From Minutocellus sp. GHC0000111 (Eukaryota): a stretch of DNA of 64,000 nucleotides. The stretch spans positions 1,116,001 to 1,180,000 of the forward strand of contig OZ361260.1 in NCBI GenBank assembly GCA_977018835.1, written 5' to 3'. Every line of letters starts with the position of its first letter. Position 1 is the stretch's first letter. The notes beneath the pieces were generated by a model that saw only the letters and a program-made list of their open reading frames with translations, was not told the DNA's origin and searched no databases. Made by a program: the position numbers and the translations under genes. Positions 60,630 to 64,000 of the stretch are shown here, piece by piece.

Positions 60630-62453
60630 TTACAACAAGATATTGTCAGACTGAACCATCGATGAACCATCCTCACCAACCACAATGGCCTCCCCGGTCT
60701 CATACTTCCCAGATAGTATATTCTTACTAACTTGATTGTCCTTGTTCTCGGCAACATTGGCAATCTTGATACCGAACTGGTTTCCATGGCACAGCGACTC
60801 GGTCACCATGTTATCTTGAATGATGGCACCGGTGACTGCCATTGCGGCGTAGACACCACCATTATGCTCGTGTCGTTCGGCCACTAGGCCAAAATCATCC
60901 AGGTGGTTGTCACTAAGGATGGGCTGGTCGGAATGCTGCAGGCATATTGCGCTGTATTGGGAGCGGGAGATGATGTTGTCGCTAATGATGGCACCGTGGG
61001 TCATTTCGACCTCGACACCAATGGTCTGGGCATCCAGGATGCGATTGGAGGTGATTTGAATACCAGTGGCTCGATATTGCGGACGGTCGTCGGTAGTTGC
61101 CGTTGGTGGAGGTTGGATGACTTGCTCGAGGTCACGGGCCAGCGGTCCACCGGCCATCTCCATGCGTGCCACTCGGATTGCACTGGCACCGACCTGGACG
61201 ATGCGGTTGGCATCGATGTAGAGGTTATCGGATGGAAGGGTGATGTGAATGCCGTATGTTGGAGCATTCATGACTGTGTTGGATCGGCATGTGGTATCTC
61301 GGTTCATGTACAGTGAGATGCTGCCCTTGATTACTCGGTTGCCAGATACCTCTCCATTGCGTTGAAAGGTGAAGACAAGGGCATCTCCATCATAACCAGA
61401 ATATATCTCGTTGTTTCGTACAGCGTTGTTCTCGTCTAGGTACCCACCACGGTAGGCATCGACGGTCTCCTTATCGCCTTCATCATAGCGGCTAGACGTG
61501 TCACCAAAGAAGGGTTGGTAGAGTCGGCTGGATGCGTAGAAGGACCCGGCAAAGAAGATCGCATGCATGGTCGGCGGCGCGTGGATGATACAGTCCAGTA
61601 TGCCAATGCCGCTGCTGTTGACTACACCAATGACCTGCCACATTTGATCGTGCTCGTCGTGCGCACGAGTGTTGCTTGGTGGGTTGGCTTCTCTGGCGTC
61701 GAGGGATAGGTTGCTAATGGCGACGTTGCGGGTGTTGAAGGCGACGAACATGCTCTCCTTTCCGGTGTACTTGATAACGGTGCGGTGCTTGGATGCGCCT
61801 CGTATGTGCAGACCGGCATGATTCTGACCAAGGACGATGGTCTGGTCGAGAGTGTGCACACCTTCCTTGAGATGAATGTTCTTGCCTCCCGACTTGAGGG
61901 CATCGGCAAGACTTGTAAAGTCAGCACCTTGCTTGTCGGTGTTGGATTTGGTGCCCACTACGACCCATGTATTGGCCCAGCCAAACGAAGTAGAAGATGG
62001 ATCAGAGGCTGATTGGACATCGAGGTTGTATCTGTTGCGGTCAGACTGCTTCTTCTTCATGCCATGAAGTCCGGTCGCGGCGTCTGTAGGGGGCGTCTTT
62101 GACGATGATGATGGTATGACCTCATGGCTATCTGTGAGAGGTTTCGGTTCCTTCTGTGATTCGAATTGGGGGGATTGTATTGTGCTATGATCACCTTTGC
62201 TACTTTCGTGATATATTTTGGAAGATGACGACTCTGATATCAAAGATGATGTTGATAGAGGGGATGGAGGCGATTCTGGCAATTGGATTGTATGGCGGAT
62301 CCGTCGATGTGAAGAATCGGCGGTGGCATTATGTCTCCTGCTCCTGGCATCGGCGGGAAATGATGGAGAAGCCGCCGATGATGTGGCGCCATCGACGCAC
62401 GACGAGCTGAACACCACCAAAAGGTAGGCAAAGAAGGAGACTTCACGTCGCAT
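60630..62453 (-). CDS. Secreted right-handed parallel beta-helix (pectin lyase-like) protein
   Basis: Signal peptide, Ser-rich linker, cap motif FTSLADAL...IHLKEGVH...IRGA, then repeated I..N.I / V..N.V turns. Confidence 0.85.
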   Translation of the reverse strand: MRREVSFFAYLLVVFSSSCVDGATSSAASPSFPADARSRRHNATADSSHRRIRHTIQLPESPPSPLSTSSLISESSSSKIYHESSKGDHSTIQSPQFESQKEPKPLTDSHEVIPSSSSKTPPTDAATGLHGMKKKQSDRNRYNLDVQSASDPSSTSFGWANTWVVVGTKSNTDKQGADFTSLADALKSGGKNIHLKEGVHTLDQTIVLGQNHAGLHIRGASKHRTVIKYTGKESMFVAFNTRNVAISNLSLDAREANPPSNTRAHDEHDQMWQVIGVVNSSGIGILDCIIHAPPTMHAIFFAGSFYASSRLYQPFFGDTSSRYDEGDKETVDAYRGGYLDENNAVRNNEIYSGYDGDALVFTFQRNGEVSGNRVIKGSISLYMNRDTTCRSNTVMNAPTYGIHITLPSDNLYIDANRIVQVGASAIRVARMEMAGGPLARDLEQVIQPPPTATTDDRPQYRATGIQITSNRILDAQTIGVEVEMTHGAIISDNIISRSQYSAICLQHSDQPILSDNHLDDFGLVAERHEHNGGVYAAMAVTGAIIQDNMVTESLCHGNQFGIKIANVAENKDNQVSKNILSGKYETGEAIVVGEDGSSMVQSDNILL

Positions 62454-62845
62454 AGCTACGACTGTTGTTGTAATCTTGTGGGTGATACTTTTGCTTGGTC
62501 ATTTGCTGCGGATGATCCAAGTATATCATTGCATGAACAAAGCCCCAGCTGAAACATCCATCGTTCTTTTCCCTCTTTGCTTTTCCTCGTGCCTGCAATG
62601 CCTGCTGATTTATTTTGCGGCAATGATCAGGGGGGCGGCTTATGGTTTCTGCTGACAAACCTATTTTCTCAGTGAAACAGTGGCATTTTGAGAAGGCATC
62701 GTTGATTGTCGAAAGGCATCGCTCTCGAAAAACAGTTTCTACATCAATGACCAAGCGGCCGCTTTCCCCATCCACTCACATTCACGGCGTGCGCGGGGCC
62801 GGCACCGCCACTTGCACGAGCACATAACAATCATTTGTTCTTTGC

Positions 62846-62886
62846 CCACTTGACCACTTGACCACTTGCCCACTTGCCCACTTGCA
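62846..62886. repeat. 8-bp tandem repeat (CCACTTG[A/C]) x5
   Basis: CCCACTTGACCACTTGACCACTTGCCCACTTGCCCACTTGC between two divergent genes. Confidence 0.9.
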
Positions 62887-63020
62887 CGAATGTATTGAAT
62901 CCTTCCCCACGTATTGAATCTTTTGCCATGAAACGTGCAGCTCATGCAACGTCGTGGGAAAGAAGCATGTCATTGCACTAGCACTGACGCAAACAGCAAC
63001 GACACCAAAACTGTTGAAAC

Positions 63021-63579
63021 AATGAAGATCTCTGCCACCGCCGCTCTTTTCGCTCTCGCCGCATCTACTCCGGGCGCTAATGCCGTCGATTTCGATTTTC
63101 GCGATTTCGAGGGTCTCTGGGAGGGCACTGACCCGGTGGTAAAAAGTGCTGGGGACTTGCGCATTGGCCAGACTGTCCTCGCAACCGTCCAGTGCGGGGC
63201 AACAGGCGATTTCCGCAAGGCAAGTTGTGACGTAATTGCCGTTATTGAAGCGGCGCCTCTTTGTGGAGGAAGAAACGCCGTCGCCGAGAAAATGTTTATC
63301 CTTGATCAGTTTGACGCCGACACTGGAATGACAGACGTTCTAACACTCGACGTGAAATGTTGCACTCCTGCCGGGTGTGCTGCCATGCCCGATACTGGTC
63401 TCGGACCGGGGGAGGGCAAGCTTCACGGCCAATTCACCATGCTTCCCGGAAAAAGCAACAATCACGTGCGTGCCATCACCGCCAAGATCGGTGCTGGTCC
63501 ATCCAGCGATCCGTTTGATCTACTAGAGGTTGACGTCCAGTTGCGACGTACGGCTGGTGGTTTCAAATCCTACGCCTAA
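63021..63579 (+). CDS. Small secreted Cys-containing hypothetical protein
   Basis: Signal peptide MKISATAALFALAASTPGANA; intact ORF. Confidence 0.75.
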
Positions 63580-63707
63580 AAGGCAAAAATAGATGTTTCA
63601 TCTGGTCATCCCGGCCGACTTTCAGTTGCTGGCTAGCATGAATAGTAGTTAGTGTAATACTGGATCTTAATTGACTTTTCGTCTTCTGTAGCTTTTATAA
63701 TGAAAAT

Positions 63708-64000
63708 TTACCAGAATGACGGCCTTCCTTGATCGATGGGAGGGCTGTCCTTGCAAGGAATGATGCTCGGCTTATCCCGATAATGGCAAGACACCGATGG
63801 TTCTGCCAAGCAGCAAGAGCTCACAGGGGTTTGATCACTGTATAACTTGGTCAGAGCCTCTGTTCCCGTGCATTCCTCCTTCATATACCACATGCCCATC
63901 TGCTTCATGAACAATATCTTATTGTCCTTGTTGGCCGTCCAGCACATGTGGAACAGGTACGGTTCGTGCTTTCCTTCCGCAATCTTTTTCATCAAGGGCT
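63708..64000 (-). CDS. C-terminal end of a probable nucleotide-diphospho-sugar (GT77-like) glycosyltransferase; partial at the window edge
   Basis: FHMCWTANKDNK...QMGMWY and Cys-rich tail CC...CHYRDKPS...C. Family assignment from recollection of similar algal proteins. Confidence 0.5.
   Translation of the reverse strand, partial: PLMKKIAEGKHEPYLFHMCWTANKDNKILFMKQMGMWYMKEECTGTEALTKLYSDQTPVSSCCLAEPSVSCHYRDKPSIIPCKDSPPIDQGRPSFW

Overview
Eukaryotic nuclear DNA, most likely from a diatom or related stramenopile. This rests on GT-AG introns of about 90-310 nt, RxL-type propeptide motifs, class C GPCR and MYND/RING-Sel1 families, and diatom-style mariner transposase motifs. Two conserved genes are cleanly spliced and intact: a cytosolic-type homomeric acetyl-CoA carboxylase and MSH6. 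They sit among accessory genes: a secretory-pathway-type kinase, an NAD-dependent epimerase, a ViaA-like VWA protein, a solute-binding/7TM GPCR, a METTL21-like methyltransferase, a parallel beta-helix protein and an FG-GAP protein. A roughly 10-kb multi-exon gene encodes a giant secreted protein with ricin-B and F-type lectin domains, His-striped 11-residue repeats and a long coiled coil. Mobile DNA includes a 3.5-kb Tc1/mariner element with a decayed transposase and an intact antisense passenger ORF, an intronic MITE built from about 20-bp palindromes, and a probable TE fragment inside a MYND-RING-Sel1 gene. Two structural patterns stand out. Twice, an intact gene is followed by unrelated cargo and then a duplicated copy of its own 3' end. 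Four copies or fragments of one RING-Sel1 family are scattered through the window. All calls come from reading the sequence; no database search was run.
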